A stretch of 63,848 bases of DNA, the filler included, from Licmophora abbreviata (Eukaryota): the NCBI GenBank assembly GCA_900291995.1. It is 5 parts of 5 records of this genome, joined end to end, with 100 filler letters (N's around TTAATTAATTAA, not from the genome) between each part and the next. Parts side by side here need not be neighbours in the genome. Positions count along the whole stretch, not along the records: positions 1 to 28,318 come from OLMU01004118.1; 4 more parts are not named here. The stretch is one strand, 5' to 3'. The translations under genes were made by a program, and so were the position numbers. Below the pieces are notes generated by a model. The model was not told where the DNA came from and did no database searches. It saw nothing but the letters and a program-made list of their open reading frames with translations. Positions within the stretch are counted from its first letter, which is position 1. The number at the start of each line of letters is the position of its first letter. This document shows positions 10,138 to 23,153 of this stretch, one piece after another.

Positions 10138-12447
10138 ATGACGGGACTGCATCTGGTCGTTGTGGTTGTTGTTGTATTGGGAATTCTCTTGTCGGAGGGC
10201 GTGGCGCAGTCAATCCAGAGTCCAGCGCCATCCATGGAACCTTCGAGAGTGTTCTCCCATGTCCCAAGTGAGATTCCGTCAAGAATATTCAGCAGAAGGC
10301 CATCGACCATGCCGAATGCTGCACCGCGTTTGCCGACCCTGCTCCCCACCGAAGTGAGAGCGCCCGATTCGGATGCACCTTCCGCAGGTCCACTCCCCTC
10401 GGAGACTCCCTCACTACCTGCGGCTTTTCCGAGCGCTGTTCCGTCAACTGATCCTATCACAACTGCTCCCAGTCCTTCGCCTACATCCGCTGCGACCATG
10501 GATCCGACAAAGGTGCCGAGTCCAAGTCCTACGGATGCTCCAACGACCTTTCCTACGCTTGGACCGTCCCCGTTTCCTACTGCCCGTACCCCGACCAGAG
10601 CACCGGTTGTAGCCCCAACGATACCGCCGCCAACAGATGCACCGACTCCCGTTCCCACACCTCTTCCAACAGCAGGTTCAACTCCCTTGCCAACTCCAGT
10701 ACCGACCCTTGCCACGACGCCTCTCCCAACGCCTGCTCCTACACCAGTACCGACCCTTGCTACGACGCCTCTCCCTACCTCCGGTCCTACGTCCCTGTCG
10801 ACTCCTGTACCTTCTACTGTGGCACCGACTCCTCTCCCTACGCCTGGTCCTACGCCCCGGTCGACGTCTCGGTCTTCTTCGGTGCCAACCCAGGCTCCTT
10901 CACTCGAGCCGACCCCTCTGCCCTCTGGAAGACCGACGCCAGCCCCTACACCAGATCCATCACAAGCCCCGACGAGGCGGCCATCGTCGGCGCCATTACC
11001 TGCTCCTACACCAGAGCCCACACCTCAGCCGACGCCGCTGCCCACTCCTCGACCGACGTTCAGTCCAAGTACGAGTCCTTCGCGATCTCCGACTGCCTAC
11101 CCATCTGATGCTCCGTCGTCAGAGCCCACTGTTACTCCGCAGCCCACCGTTACCGATGAACCATCTCCCAGTCCTTCTATTTCTTTTTCCCCTTCAGTGT
11201 CTCCAACAGACGCTCCCTCCACGCTTCCATCGGTACAGCCATCTCCAGCTCCGTCCAGAATGACTGAGTCGCCGACGTTGGTATTGCAGGAACTCTATCA
11301 GACAGGTTTTGGAATGACGATTTCTGGAGTCGAGCCCATGGGACAGACTGAGCGCACTGCGTGGGCTGATACTACAGCAGCGCATTTAGCCAATCATGTG
11401 GAAACCGAGCTTGGTCTACAGGGTGTGACTGGTTTGGAGGTGACTGTCGTGTTTCAGGGCCAGGATCCTTCCTTTCCAGAGGACGGATTGCGGCAATTGT
11501 CGGAGTCGTCGGAGCTGGATATTTCTTTTGATGTTGTCATGTTTCTGAGGTCAGAAGTCACCGATCATACCGTAATTGGCTATGTGAAAGGGGCGTTTGA
11601 CGATGACCGTGAGGTGCAGTCGTATCTTGTCGACTTGAAGGCTGCCGATATTACGTTTTCCGGCGCACAGTCGGTCGCGGTCGCCTCGCCAGACGTGACG
11701 ACTCCTTCCCCGGCACCACTCGTGTCGCTTCCGTCCTCACCGGGAGAGAGTAAGTCGAGCACTGCTGGAATCGTTGGAGGCCTCGCAGCGGCGGGAGCAG
11801 TAACAGTCGCAGCGGCGGGGCTCTTAATGTATACGCGACGAAAACGACGCCTCGCCGAATCCACGAGCCAAGTAAAAGCGGACGATCTACCCCAACACTG
11901 CTATGCTTCGGAAATTGATGTGCCACTTGATGACGTGGAAGTGAGTACGTTAGGAGATCCGACTCTTCCCGGTGGCATGTCCGACTACCAAAATGATCCG
12001 AGTGTGGCGGATGCGTTGTCCTTGGACTACGACTTCCGGAGAAACTGGGACGTTTCACCTTCGTTGGCGCCATCCTTTGACGACACTCACATGTTTGTCC
12101 CGACAGACGATGCTACGTTAAATGCGCACTACTTTGCGGAGAACCAGTTTGAAGTGGAGGCACCACCGGGGATGATCGGACTTGTACTGGAAACGGCAGG
12201 ACGAGTCAGCGTGCCGACGGTTCACGTCATCAAGGAGAATAGTCCTCTGGTTGCGCTGGTCAAAATTGGCGACCAGCTTTTATCGGTGGATGGAACAGAC
12301 GTTACGGACATGCTCGCATCGGACGTGTCGAGTCTTATCGCTTCGAGACAACAGAATCCGATCAGACACTTGGTGTTTGCTCGACCGGCGTACACGATCA
12401 AAATCGCAGACGCAACTGACGAGGCAGGTAATGAAGATCATCCCTAG
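10138..12447 (+). CDS. Pro/Thr/Ser-rich type I membrane protein with a cytosolic PDZ-like domain
   Basis: Signal peptide, about 350 aa of PTP/PS repeats, a globular lumenal domain, TM followed by RRKRR, and PDZ-like [11 protein letters not shown]...[10 protein letters not shown]...[13 protein letters not shown]-terminus may be spliced differently. Confidence 0.85.
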   Translation: MTGLHLVVVVVVVLGILLSEGVAQSIQSPAPSMEPSRVFSHVPSEIPSRIFSRRPSTMPNAAPRLPTLLPTEVRAPDSDAPSAGPLPSETPSLPAAFPSAVPSTDPITTAPSPSPTSAATMDPTKVPSPSPTDAPTTFPTLGPSPFPTARTPTRAPVVAPTIPPPTDAPTPVPTPLPTAGSTPLPTPVPTLATTPLPTPAPTPVPTLATTPLPTSGPTSLSTPVPSTVAPTPLPTPGPTPRSTSRSSSVPTQAPSLEPTPLPSGRPTPAPTPDPSQAPTRRPSSAPLPAPTPEPTPQPTPLPTPRPTFSPSTSPSRSPTAYPSDAPSSEPTVTPQPTVTDEPSPSPSISFSPSVSPTDAPSTLPSVQPSPAPSRMTESPTLVLQELYQTGFGMTISGVEPMGQTERTAWADTTAAHLANHVETELGLQGVTGLEVTVVFQGQDPSFPEDGLRQLSESSELDISFDVVMFLRSEVTDHTVIGYVKGAFDDDREVQSYLVDLKAADITFSGAQSVAVASPDVTTPSPAPLVSLPSSPGESKSSTAGIVGGLAAAGAVTVAAAGLLMYTRRKRRLAESTSQVKADDLPQHCYASEIDVPLDDVEVSTLGDPTLPGGMSDYQNDPSVADALSLDYDFRRNWDVSPSLAPSFDDTHMFVPTDDATLNAHYFAENQFEVEAPPGMIGLVLETAGRVSVPTVHVIKENSPLVALVKIGDQLLSVDGTDVTDMLASDVSSLIASRQQNPIRHLVFARPAYTIKIADATDEAGNEDHP

Positions 12448-12752
12448 GTGTTTTCAAGTTCCGGAATGGATTTCTAAAGTTATGATGCGGAAGACCCTAG
12501 AGGTAGCGAGGACTCTCTGTCATTTGAACCGTTCGAGCCTTCGTTTCCATCGCTTCAGACTTCTACGCGGGATGTTTCCGAATGTCACTAGCAAAGACCG
12601 CAGGATCCAAAGCTCAAGTGTTACCTTAATGTGATATAGAGTGTAAGAATGGTGTGTTCGGCTTGCTACGGGAATATATGATAGCACTTCCAGTCCATGT
12701 CGAATATTGTACTATGCTTAGGTGCTGGTCTCAAATGAAGTCGCTGCTCCGT

Positions 12753-13337
12753 TCAAAACCCAAGTCCCGCCAACCATTCCTTTACGTCTCGTACTCGATT
12801 GCCATCAACTTCAATTGTTCCTCCCGTTCGCACTCGAATCGCGTCAAACCTCGGGTTCTGGGGCGCGGGTACGTTCAAGACAGAGCGGAGTTCTTCCAAA
12901 AAGACGCCTTGATCTCCAGTCACTTTCTTGATACGAGTCGTGATCTTTGTATTCTTCCTGTATGAGTAGACAGGCAGAAATCCAACGGTGCCGCCTGGTT
13001 TCTGGGAGGTTCGCATGACGCGGAAGGGATAGGAGGGAATCTCCACGTCGTCGGGAGGAGGAGGGTTCCAGCCGTTGGGACGAGTGACAGGATTTTGAAT
13101 CACAGGGGTAAACTGCGGAGGCCGCAAGGGTACTTCTTGGCCTTGTACTGCGTTGGATGTGCCTTGCAGACGAGATTGGACTCGAGCGCGGGCAGGATTG
13201 CTCTTTCCGAAAAGGCGCTTGCGCTGTCGGGCCGAGTGTTTCAAGCGGCACTGTACTGTCTGCGACGGAATTCTCAGTCGCGGCAGCGATTCAGAAGCTG
13301 ATCGAAGGCTAAAAGAGCCAATCAGCTGAGATAACAT
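12753..13337 (-). CDS. MRPL49: mitochondrial ribosomal protein mL49 (Img2)
   Basis: YPFRVMRT...FLPVY...TRIKKVTGD...IEVDGNRVRDVKEWLAGLGF; mitochondrial-type presequence. Confidence 0.85.
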   Translation of the reverse strand: MLSQLIGSFSLRSASESLPRLRIPSQTVQCRLKHSARQRKRLFGKSNPARARVQSRLQGTSNAVQGQEVPLRPPQFTPVIQNPVTRPNGWNPPPPDDVEIPSYPFRVMRTSQKPGGTVGFLPVYSYRKNTKITTRIKKVTGDQGVFLEELRSVLNVPAPQNPRFDAIRVRTGGTIEVDGNRVRDVKEWLAGLGF

Positions 13338-13655
13338 TATTAAGATGCGAGGGAGAATAGAACGGGGAGCTAGAAATCAACAGAAAGCGGCGACGGCAGA
13401 GCGACAGTGTTCATCATGGTCGATGTCGACAGATGCACTCGATTAGGACCACACAAACATGCTCGGTACATCTTTGTAGAGCTCGCAGCTCGTGCTGAAG
13501 AGAGCTGGGCGGGACTGACCAACTCGGGACTCGCAAGTCGTCCGTCTCGTTACGTGTTATTACAGCCGTCAGTCCGGCGACCAGCTGGGTCACTGAAATC
13601 TGAAATCTGAAATGTTGGCCGCTGCACCGCTGAACCTCACAATGGCAGCCCCAAA

Positions 13656-16600
13656 ATGACGGCGCTTCCGACGGCCAAACAGCTCCAAGACGCTGTCCAG
13701 GAGGAAGGGGCATGTCGAGATTTGCTGCTGCAAGCGTTTTCGTATGGGACCGATTACGATTCGTTCCAAAATCGAGATAATGACGAGGCTTCTCTCTCAA
13801 AGCGGACAAAAGAGGCTTCCAAGGTACTGGTTGCGGCTTTTGAGGCAGAACCCTCGCTCCAGCCGCTCCTTCAAGACACTCTATGGCTCGTTGGGTCTCT
13901 TGTATCGTCCAATGAGTCGGCAAATGAAGCGTTAGCACAGATTCTCAATGCCTTGGTCAAGCAGGTTCCGGATCGGGGACAATTTTGGGTCGCCCTGCAG
14001 TCCTCCCTCGACCCCTCCTTGCTGGAAGCAGTTGGACTGCTGCCGCAAGGCGGGAAAGAAACTTTGCTCAAGAAGGTGCGCAAAATCAACACGGAAACGC
14101 ACTATCGGCAGCAAAAGTTCAATCTTCTTCACGAACAATCGGAAGGATACGCCAAGCTAGTCACCTTGCTGGCGCGTGAATCCTGGACCAGCTCTGAAAC
14201 CCTCAAGTCGCTGTTACGCCACCACATTGGGACGTTTGCACTCGATCCCAACCGTGTTTTGGATCTACTGGTAGATGCCCTGGAGTCCCATCTCAGGCTT
14301 ACTGGCTTTGATGGAAAGAGCAGCACTGCGGATGACATGACCGTGACGCTACTCGAGGTCATTCGATCTTTTTCGCTCGACAAACTCCCTCACTTGATTG
14401 GATTCAAAATTCGATCCAATGCTTCGAGACCGATTCCTCGATCACTCTGTCTTTGTCTCGTTCTACTTACCAAAGAAGGGCTGGTCGAGCTGTCGAACTT
14501 GAGACCTCACCTTCCGCCGTCTTTGGAAATCGAGAAGGCCAATTCCGCGTATGTGCACTATGAAACGCTTCAGATCAAGGCGATGGGACGGATTCGCCTT
14601 ACCGATAGCAGTGGCGGTGGACCCAAGGAAGACCCGAAACTCGTCGAGAGTAGGAAACAGGTGCAGAAGGCAAAATCTGACTTGGGAGCTAATGCTCTCG
14701 TGTCGATACTTATGGTGTTGTTGGAGTGCAAAGAGGTGGAGCTTGCCAGACTCCTACTTCCGTCGCCGTCCATGTGGAGCACTGTGTGTACGTTACTTCC
14801 AGAAACCGTAGGTAACGCCTTGTGTCGGCTGATGTGCGAGCAAGTTCAGTTGATTTATGCTGCGATCGTTCCAACACCGGCGTTGAGCGCGAAAGACGGA
14901 ACCGATGAGGCTGGACAAGTTGCCAGTGCCGCTGCCATTCCAGTCAATGCCTCGCTTGATCAAGTCCTTCAGACTATCTCAGGGTCTCTCAAGGCCGTCG
15001 TCGAATCGGCTTGCATAGCGTCACACCCAACGTTGTACTGTGAATTGTGTCGTCTCTTACGTGTTCTCGTTCAGAACGAGCAGTGCGCCGACTCAGTCGA
15101 CGAGTCAACTTACTCCGTGCTGCAGGCACTCGTCGCTTCGCTCTCATTGTTTACTCCGAATCCTGCGGTGGCTGGAGATCTGTGGTCACTCATATCAATC
15201 TTACCCTATCCCACGCGATATCGGTTGTACCAAAGCTGGCGTGGCGCAGGCCTAGAAAAGGCTGGGCTTTCTTCCAAGCCGCTGGTTCAAGTTAAAAGCG
15301 AAATGGAGGCTGGTAGGGCGGCGCGCTACGCTCTCAAGCGACTATCGAAGGAGAATGTGCGAGACATGGGTCGGCAGATGTCGAAGGTAACGCATTCCAA
15401 CCCTCTAGTTGTGTTTACTACGATTCTGAACCAGATTGAAAGCTATGACAACTTGATTGAAATGATGATCGAGTCAGTTCGTTCTGTTACACCACTGGGT
15501 CTTGATGTGTTGGGGTTTTGCATTTTAACTCGCCTAATGGGATCGAGTGACGCTGAGAGTGGTAGAAGCCGTGTGAAAGGTGCGGCTCCATTCGCTCGTT
15601 TGACTTCTGGACACGTTATTGAATCAAGACCTCTCATACAGTGCTTCGGGTTTCTTTGTAGATGATGGTGTACACGCGTCTCAGTGGCTCTCTTCACTTG
15701 AAAGTTTTACTGGCGCTTTCTATCGACGGTGCCCTGGTGTGGAGTGTCGAGGTATTGTGCAGTTTATTGTGCGTCGTCTTACTAAAGGGCATGTGCAGGA
15801 GCTTGGGGTCCTTCGAACGCTGCTGAAGACTGCCGGTGGGTACGGATTTGCGGACTATGGGCCTGTCGCGTCGTTGGCCACTGGACAGCTCGAAGGCAGA
15901 AGCGGGTCCCAACTACTCAAGCGCGAAACATTTGCCTTTGGCGTCGTTGAGAGATTCAATCCTATCGCCGCTCGCCGACTGCGCTCCGTTCTCCAGAGCG
16001 ATAACATGGGTGTGACAGTACTTATCCTGTTGGCCCAGATTCGTGGCACGCTTGTCTTTGGTAACTCTGGGCAGCGTGCTAAGCCTGTCAAGCTAATTGG
16101 GAATCTTTTTGACACCTGCCAGGTGGTCATGGAAATGCTTCTTGAGTTTCTTACCGATACCACAGAAGGCGCCGAAGGCGACGGTCCCAGCCCAGTCCAG
16201 TCGTATGCATCGGACCTTCCTCCGCTAGACGATCTTCTAACAACGTTTGGCCTTAATGCCGAGTCGGCGTGGATTCTTTGTCGCCCTGTGTGCAGAGCGG
16301 CGTTGGCTGAAGAAAGTGACGCGACGAAGAACAAGAATGGTTCGGAGAAGGCCGTCATGGCGTACCTTCCAAGCTCTACTGGAATGCGCGCCGTCTACCC
16401 AAGCATGCTCCCAGAGGCAGCATGGTCGAATCTCTCTACAGAGCTGTTTGAGCTTTTCTATTCTCTTTCACTGTATGACATTGGCAACCCAAAAGACACC
16501 TACGAAGCCGAGGTCGCAAGGCTTCAGAAAGACGTAGAGCGACTTGTCCAGCTTCAGAAAGGGACGCCTGGGTCGCTACAAATGGGCCAGCGTTTTGGCA

Positions 16601-18107
16601 AAGCGGAGGAAGCCCAGCTAGAACGCCTACGTCGTCATGTCAAGGTCCTATCGTCTGACATGTCGAAACAAAGTATTCATTTCAGCGCAACGCATGAGAG
16701 AGCGGAATCAATCAAGGATAAGCTCTTCAAAACCAAGACTGCCTCGATACCATCGGTGCACGGGTTTCTGACGCACTGTATCTACCCCCGGTGTCTTGTC
16801 AGTCCTGACGACGCACTGTATTGCACCAGATTTGTCGAGCTTCTTCACTCGCTCGGCACCCCCGGTTTCAGTACGATGAACTATTTTGACAATCTCGTCG
16901 GAGTTTTGGCCGGCGCATTGTACTGCGTAACAGAAACTGAGGCGGCTGCGATGGGAATCGTGTTGCTGGAAACGTGGAGGCTTCTTAGCAGATGGAGATA
17001 CGACGAAGAGGCATTTGAGGACGAAGTGGCGGGGAAGGTATGTGTCTTTTTTATGCCGTGTGCATTGTATGTCCTACGACGCGGCTGGCTTACGTGGTCC
17101 CCTCCCATCGTTTCCTACCTCCTCACAGCCTGGCTCCACCATGGAGCTGCAAGATAGTGAGGATGCAGTCAAAGTCTCTCGCGAAGACTATGTGACACTC
17201 TACAACAAGTGGCATGCAACGCTGGGAGCAGCCGCGCTTGGATGCTTAAAATCTACAGAATACATGTATACGCGCGCGGGCCTCGTCGTCCTGACTCGTA
17301 TTGTCGATGTGTTTCCAACACGACCCGGTCTTGGTCAGAAGCTCATTGACGAACTCGCCCCCATTCAGCAAGACGACTACCCGCTACCAGACATTAGAAC
17401 TACCGCGCAGGCCTATGCCATGCTTATTGAAAGAGCGCGTATGGACGGGGTGTGGAAAGAGGAAGACGTCGCCGTCGCAAAGGCGCGCGCAGATAAGGAG
17501 AAAGCTGCCATCGCAGAACGAAAAAAGAAGGCGGAGCAGCAGTTTGCCGAAATGAAACGTGAGAGTGAACGCATCACAGAGGAACTAGGTGAATCCGAAA
17601 CAAGGGGGAGAGACGATCGAAGAAGAGGTACAAAGCGAGGGCAGGTTCCGCAGATGGAAACGCGTCGAGTAAGTTTTTCTACGTTTTTTACTTGTAAGAA
17701 CGGAGCTTGTGGCGAATCTCATGCACGTTTGCCTTTGCTCGCAGTCAGCGCCGCCTACGTTCGAGCCTGCCGGTCGCGGTTCCGCTGAGAAATCAAATGG
17801 CCATGACGGGTTACATCGAACACGAGGGAGAGATGAAGAAGGAGCGAGGGCTCGTGACGGCCCGGGGTCTGGCCGGGATCAGCATAGCAGTCTGGGGGGT
17901 CGATGGGAACGGGGGACAACTCAGGCGGTGGGCCGTGGTCCACCTGCGCTGGGGAAACGCCCTCGATCGCCCGAACGTGACGAGCAAGGCCCCACTCGAC
18001 AGCGCGGACGAAATGGGGACGACCATCGCGGACCGCCTCCAACAGGACAGCACGCTGATCGCACTACGCGTCGTTCTGATAGACGAGGGGGGCAACAGAG
18101 ACGATGA
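13656..18107 (+). CDS. THO2: THO complex subunit 2; introns 15580-15661, 17038-17128 and 17669-17744
   Basis: YRQQKFNLLHEQSEGYAKL, IGTFALDPNRVLDL, LKRLSKENV, CIYPRCLVSPDDALYC; all three introns are GT-AG and restore the frame; R/G/D-rich tail. Confidence 0.93.
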
Positions 18108-18175
18108 CTCAATTTTGTCTTCAGATAAAAATGCTTGAGGGGTAGAGGTCTAGTTTTCCAATCGATTAGTACAGT

Positions 18176-19429
18176 CTAGAGCTTTTTTCGCTTCGTACTC
18201 TTCTGGAACAGAAAGGTCCAGTGTGTTAGCAGAACTGCAAGGCCACTCAAGAGGACCCCGTAGACGAACCACGGAAGCTGCGCTCGATCCAGGCTCATTC
18301 GGGAGATGGCAACCGCAATGCAAGTAACGACAATAGCCTTCCATAACGGCATACCGGGTGAGCGTTTGTCTATCACAATCGACTTGGATGGCGCCAACAT
18401 GCTCCTCTTCTCTCTCATCGAGGACTTTCGTGTTTTGCTGGCCACTCGACTCTTCATAATTTCCTTGTTCGCTCGCTGATTCACGGCTGCTGTCTCTGCG
18501 ACGACTCGTTCCTCAATGTCACGATAGTAATCTTGCTTCCCATTGACGCGCTCCTCCCAGGGTGAGCCTTCGTAGTTCCGAATGACCTTCTTGAAAGATT
18601 GAATAAAATCATAAGAGACACTCCCTTCCGCAAGCCAGTTCAAAACAAACGCTGGTACGAACCGCAGCTTTGGATTGTCGTGTGAAATTTCACAGAAGCG
18701 CACCTCGTCCCCTGGCAGCATCTCCAAAAAGAAGATTGTTCGAACCTCCATGCGCACTCGCCCTCGCTTCACAGGCGGAATTTCACAGTAATCTGAATGG
18801 TCGATACTTTTTGTAAACACAAGTATGGCATTCTGGTCGCTCAGGTGGTAGCCAATGCCTTCGCAAACGATATCCCGGTCGGATATGGGCAATTTGCGGA
18901 ACTTCAGTACGGACTGAAAGATCTGGCGATATTTTGACGGTTGAGCCAGCAGTGTTACGCTGTCCAGAACGTTCTGTGGGAACCACAACGGCATTAGATC
19001 AGACTCAACAAACAAGGATACCAAGTGAACGAAGTCCGTTGTTGTAAAGTTCTCCAGAATCGTGTGTGTCTTGACCGCATGAATGGGCGAGCCGTCGACG
19101 TGTTTAGATTTGACCGTCACTCCCTTGTGTTCGTTGGATAGCTTCCATCCCTCGTCGCTCTGCAGGTCATGAAGCATATCTTGAATCAGCTTTGAATCGA
19201 CCCGAATACGCTGGATTTCCCGTTGACGCTTGTCTGAAATGTTAGTTTTCAATGCCGGCGTCTGTCTAGTCATGGCCTCAATTTTGTCGAGTGCCGTGCG
19301 TGCATCCAGGATTCGATCGAGCGCCATATGACCCTCCATTTCGTTGAACAACTGCTCTAACTCATCCTTGGGGTCAACCTGCTCCAGATCTGCCTCATGG
19401 CGGCGACGTCCTCGCCAGCGGGGAGCCAT
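18176..19429 (-). CDS. START/SRPBCC-like lipid-binding protein with C-terminal TM helices
   Basis: GWKLSNEHKGVTV, E.DLMPLWFP, ISDRDIV, IPPVKRGRVRM and PKLRFVPAFVLNW motifs. Confidence 0.75.
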   Translation of the reverse strand: MAPRWRGRRRHEADLEQVDPKDELEQLFNEMEGHMALDRILDARTALDKIEAMTRQTPALKTNISDKRQREIQRIRVDSKLIQDMLHDLQSDEGWKLSNEHKGVTVKSKHVDGSPIHAVKTHTILENFTTTDFVHLVSLFVESDLMPLWFPQNVLDSVTLLAQPSKYRQIFQSVLKFRKLPISDRDIVCEGIGYHLSDQNAILVFTKSIDHSDYCEIPPVKRGRVRMEVRTIFFLEMLPGDEVRFCEISHDNPKLRFVPAFVLNWLAEGSVSYDFIQSFKKVIRNYEGSPWEERVNGKQDYYRDIEERVVAETAAVNQRANKEIMKSRVASKTRKSSMREKRSMLAPSKSIVIDKRSPGMPLWKAIVVTCIAVAISRMSLDRAQLPWFVYGVLLSGLAVLLTHWTFLFQKSTKRKKL

Positions 19430-19894
19430 GGTCTGATCGGTGGACCCAAAATTGAGAATGACTGATCGAATGGAATGAATCGGACGGTGAAAGAATCGAA
19501 TCTTCCAATTCCAATCTTGGGAAGCGTTGGGACTCGTTGTGACGTCATCGTACGGGCATGCGCAGACAGATTGGTGTCATGATACTTCTCACGGAGCCGA
19601 TCTACGACTCGGTGTGAAAGGGATCGAGCCGGACGTAGACTCCCCGCAGTGATGGCAAGTGCGTTGATATGGTTTGCTATTTATTTACAGTGAGCCATCG
19701 GCTCGTACACGGGCGCAGTTTTTGCTTAGCGTTGCGATATCCCGCTGTATTTTGTCACACGGAAGGAGAATAGGTCCGCGTGACCTGTCGCTCATTCTCG
19801 AGAGTTCAATGTGTAGAAATTCATGGTGATGTGAACAACCTTCTCTTTCGGAGAAAGTGTAGTATGGTACAAGGACTCAGTCGTTGGGGCAAGC

Positions 19895-22800
19895 TTACAG
19901 TAGTTCGCTGCCAAACTACGGTTCAATAACCAGCGAAAATGGAGAAGTTAGACGTCACTGCAAACATTGGCAATTTACAACCACGCACGGAACAAGGATC
20001 AAACTCACTCTTCGTTCGACCGACATGACGGATCGGACGGCTCCGAGGGCGTCCATAAGTTTCTGGAGGTGCTCGAGACTCGATACCTTTACCAGAAATA
20101 CCAACGTGGCGTGCTCGCGACTTGACGAGCTACCCGTTCTTACAATCTCTGACTGTTCTGACACGATCTCGGAACAGTCGGCCAACAGTAGTTTTCGATC
20201 CTGAGCAACGACGGCAACTTCAGTGAAGAACGGGATAGGATGCTCATCATCTACGCTCAGTGAGGACCACTGAAGCTTGACTGGTTCGCCAGGGGTGGCT
20301 GGCTCCGTCGCACCATGCCCACGCGAGAAGCGACTCGATTTCTTCATTATGCGAAGAGAGACGCTGTTGATTCGATCCAAAGCCGTCTGTTTTGTATTGT
20401 CGGATGATTCAATGTGTGAAGCTGTGGAGTGGTTGATAGCAAACTGTGCGTGGGGGCAGCCCACGCGGTGGACCGTTGTAGTGTCGTCGCCGACTGGTCG
20501 TGTGCCGAGGATCGCATCACCGTAGACGGGAAGGCAATCCTCGCACAAGTGCTCCGGATCAGCGTATTCTACATCACCAAGCTCGTCACCACATGCTTTT
20601 TCCATGGACTTCTCGACAGTATCGGATATACTTTGCTCGTAGTACGATGAGCTGCGCACGACCTGCGTCGAGTTGTCAATGGCGGACGCAGCAGCCTCTG
20701 CTGCGTCCTTTGCCACTTCGCGATTCTGCTGGACGGCTTGAGCGACACTCTGTGGCAGCGCCGTGGCTCGGCGATTCTTCTCGGCTTCCACCAACACTGA
20801 CTGTGGAACCAGAAAAAGCTTGGCCACGACAGCATGGAGGAACATACGATCGTGTTTCTTTCCAATATCGACTAGCATGTCGTCAATATCTTCGTAGCGA
20901 GTTCTTCCTGGCAAAAACTTTGCCACATCGCTCACAGTTGAAGGGACGACCAGTGATTCCTTCAGGTATGTATTGCTCGCCAAGAGTGGACTGTGCATCC
21001 ACAAATAGTCCATCAGCAGGATCTGCCCAGCTTCACGCAAGCTTTCCTTCTGTTTGGACCGAAAGTAGGAACGTAGCTTCGACCGAGTAGATCGACTCTT
21101 GGCATAGCGCATCCAGTCGGTTGCTGGCTTGCCTTCGCCTGTAAGAATGGAAACGACATCACCGTTCCGAAGCTCGTATGAGAAGGGAACCTGCGATTCG
21201 CAAGTAGACGAAGAGTAGATGTCGCGTGAGGCAAGCTCCTTTCGACATACGATCACCACATAGCTGTACACGTCTACTCACCGGCTTGCCGTTAATTTCG
21301 ACCCCATGCATGGCCAGTCCAACAGCTGTGTGAATCTGGAACGCTGCATCGATCGCCGTCGCGCCTCTTGCAAGATTCAAAATCTTCCCATTTCGGAGAA
21401 ACACAAATACGCGCTTGCCCAACAACTCTCTCCTTACGCTATCGACAAAGTCTCGCGAGTTGACCGTATCGTCTTGCCATTCCTTAATGCTAGACAGCCA
21501 TGGGGTATTATAGAAGTCTTGGTCGTTCCGCATGCGTCGTTTTCCGTCCGTGTAGGACCAGTGCGAGGCCATGCCGTACTCTGCCACCTGATGCATGGCA
21601 GACGTACGAATCTGCACTTCGATGGCTTGGCCATTGAGGATGAGCGCCGTATGCAAGCTTTGATAGCCGTTAGGCTTGGGAAAAGATATGTAATCCTTTA
21701 CTTTGGTCGGGACGGGCTGGAATCCAGGCAAGTGCTGCACCAATCCAAGTATATGGTAGCAAAGCCACACGCCTCGATCAGAGTCGTTGGCAGTATCAGC
21801 GGCATCTTCATCGTCATCGCTTGACCTCGGCGTAATGATAACTCGCAGCGCCACCACGTCAACAATGTGGTCGAGATTGTGCTCGCCTTTAGTCTCCATC
21901 TTGTGCCAGAGCGAGTAGATCTCCTTGGTTCGCCCGTACACTTTGACATCCATAGCTTGATCTCCTAACGTCCGATCCGCCCGCAAGGTTCGTTGCAAAA
22001 TCTCTTGTGACTTGTCCAGCGTATCACTAAACTTGGACTGATGTTGTCGCAATCTTCGATTCAGTCGCTTGTACTCCTGTGGGTACAAATACATGAAAGC
22101 CGTATCCTCCAACTCACTCTTGAACTGCCAGATTCCCATGCGATGCGCCAATGGCGCAAATATATCGAGAGTTTCCCGAGAAATTTTAATTTGTTTTTCT
22201 GGTTTCATGTGTCGCAGGGTCCGCATATTGTGCAGTCGATCCGCCAACTTGACAATAATGATCCGATAGTCGTCCGTCATGGCGACAAACATCTGCCGCA
22301 AATTTTCTGCCTGTTCGTCGGCATAATCCGAAAAGGCCAGCTTGGGCAGTTTCGATACTTTCGTTTCACCCTCGACGATGCTTCGCACGACTTGCCCAAA
22401 CATGGCTTCAATCTGGGCAAAGGTGAGATCAGTATCTTCGACAGTATCATGCAGCAGGCCCGCCATGACAGTCTCGGCGTCCATCTTGAGTCCACTAAGA
22501 AGCAGTGCAACTTCGACAGGATGAACGATAAAAGGCTCTCCCGACTTGCGCATTTGTCCGCGATGTGCTCGATAGGCAACCCGAAGAGCATCATAGATCT
22601 TCGCCACATTCGACGTTCCTAGGTAGCTGACGGTAGGCATGAGCCGGTCCCAATAGCTTTCGACTTGCTGCTTGTCATAGTCCGACATGTCCTTGAGCTC
22701 TTGATACAATGCTTCTACATTGGGAGTGCTATCGGCTTCATCTCGCAAGTACTCCTTGGACATGACGGCCGTCCACTGATTGACTTCCGGGGCTGTCGGC

Positions 22801-23153
22801 AAAGCCTTGCGGCCATTCTTGTTGGTGAAGATGGCACCATTGTATGGATTCGAAACCTCAGACGACCCTGGCGGTGGCGAGGACAAAGTCGAGTGAACGT
22901 CGGTACGATTGCTGCCACGGGTGGCCGCGTAGCCTCCTTCCGAGTCGTGCAGGTGCCATGGTGATGCCGAAGAAATGCTTCGACTGTGAACACGGCGCTG
23001 CCACGAAGGGAAGACACCGAAGCCAGTGGCTCGCGGCAGCGGTTCCGGGTGCAGCCACGAGACTATTCCAAGAAGATACAACAGAACCCCTACTGACGGT
23101 CTTTCTGGAAGTCGATTCAGCCTCGTCGCTCGTCTTCTCTTGCTGCAACGCAT
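19895..23153 (-). CDS. RSH: long RelA/SpoT homolog, (p)ppGpp synthetase/hydrolase, probably plastid-targeted; introns 21191-21281 and 19916-20008
   Basis: HRGQMRKSGEPFIVHP, LHDTVED, VKLADRLHNMRTL, KDYISFPKPNGYQSLHT, EVQIRT; TGS, Cys-rich ZFD-like and ACT domains; inferred end VERRFGSELL*. Confidence 0.95.

Noticed and set aside
10113..11021. 302-aa G/V-rich antisense ORF
   Set aside because: Mirror image of the PT-repeat coding strand
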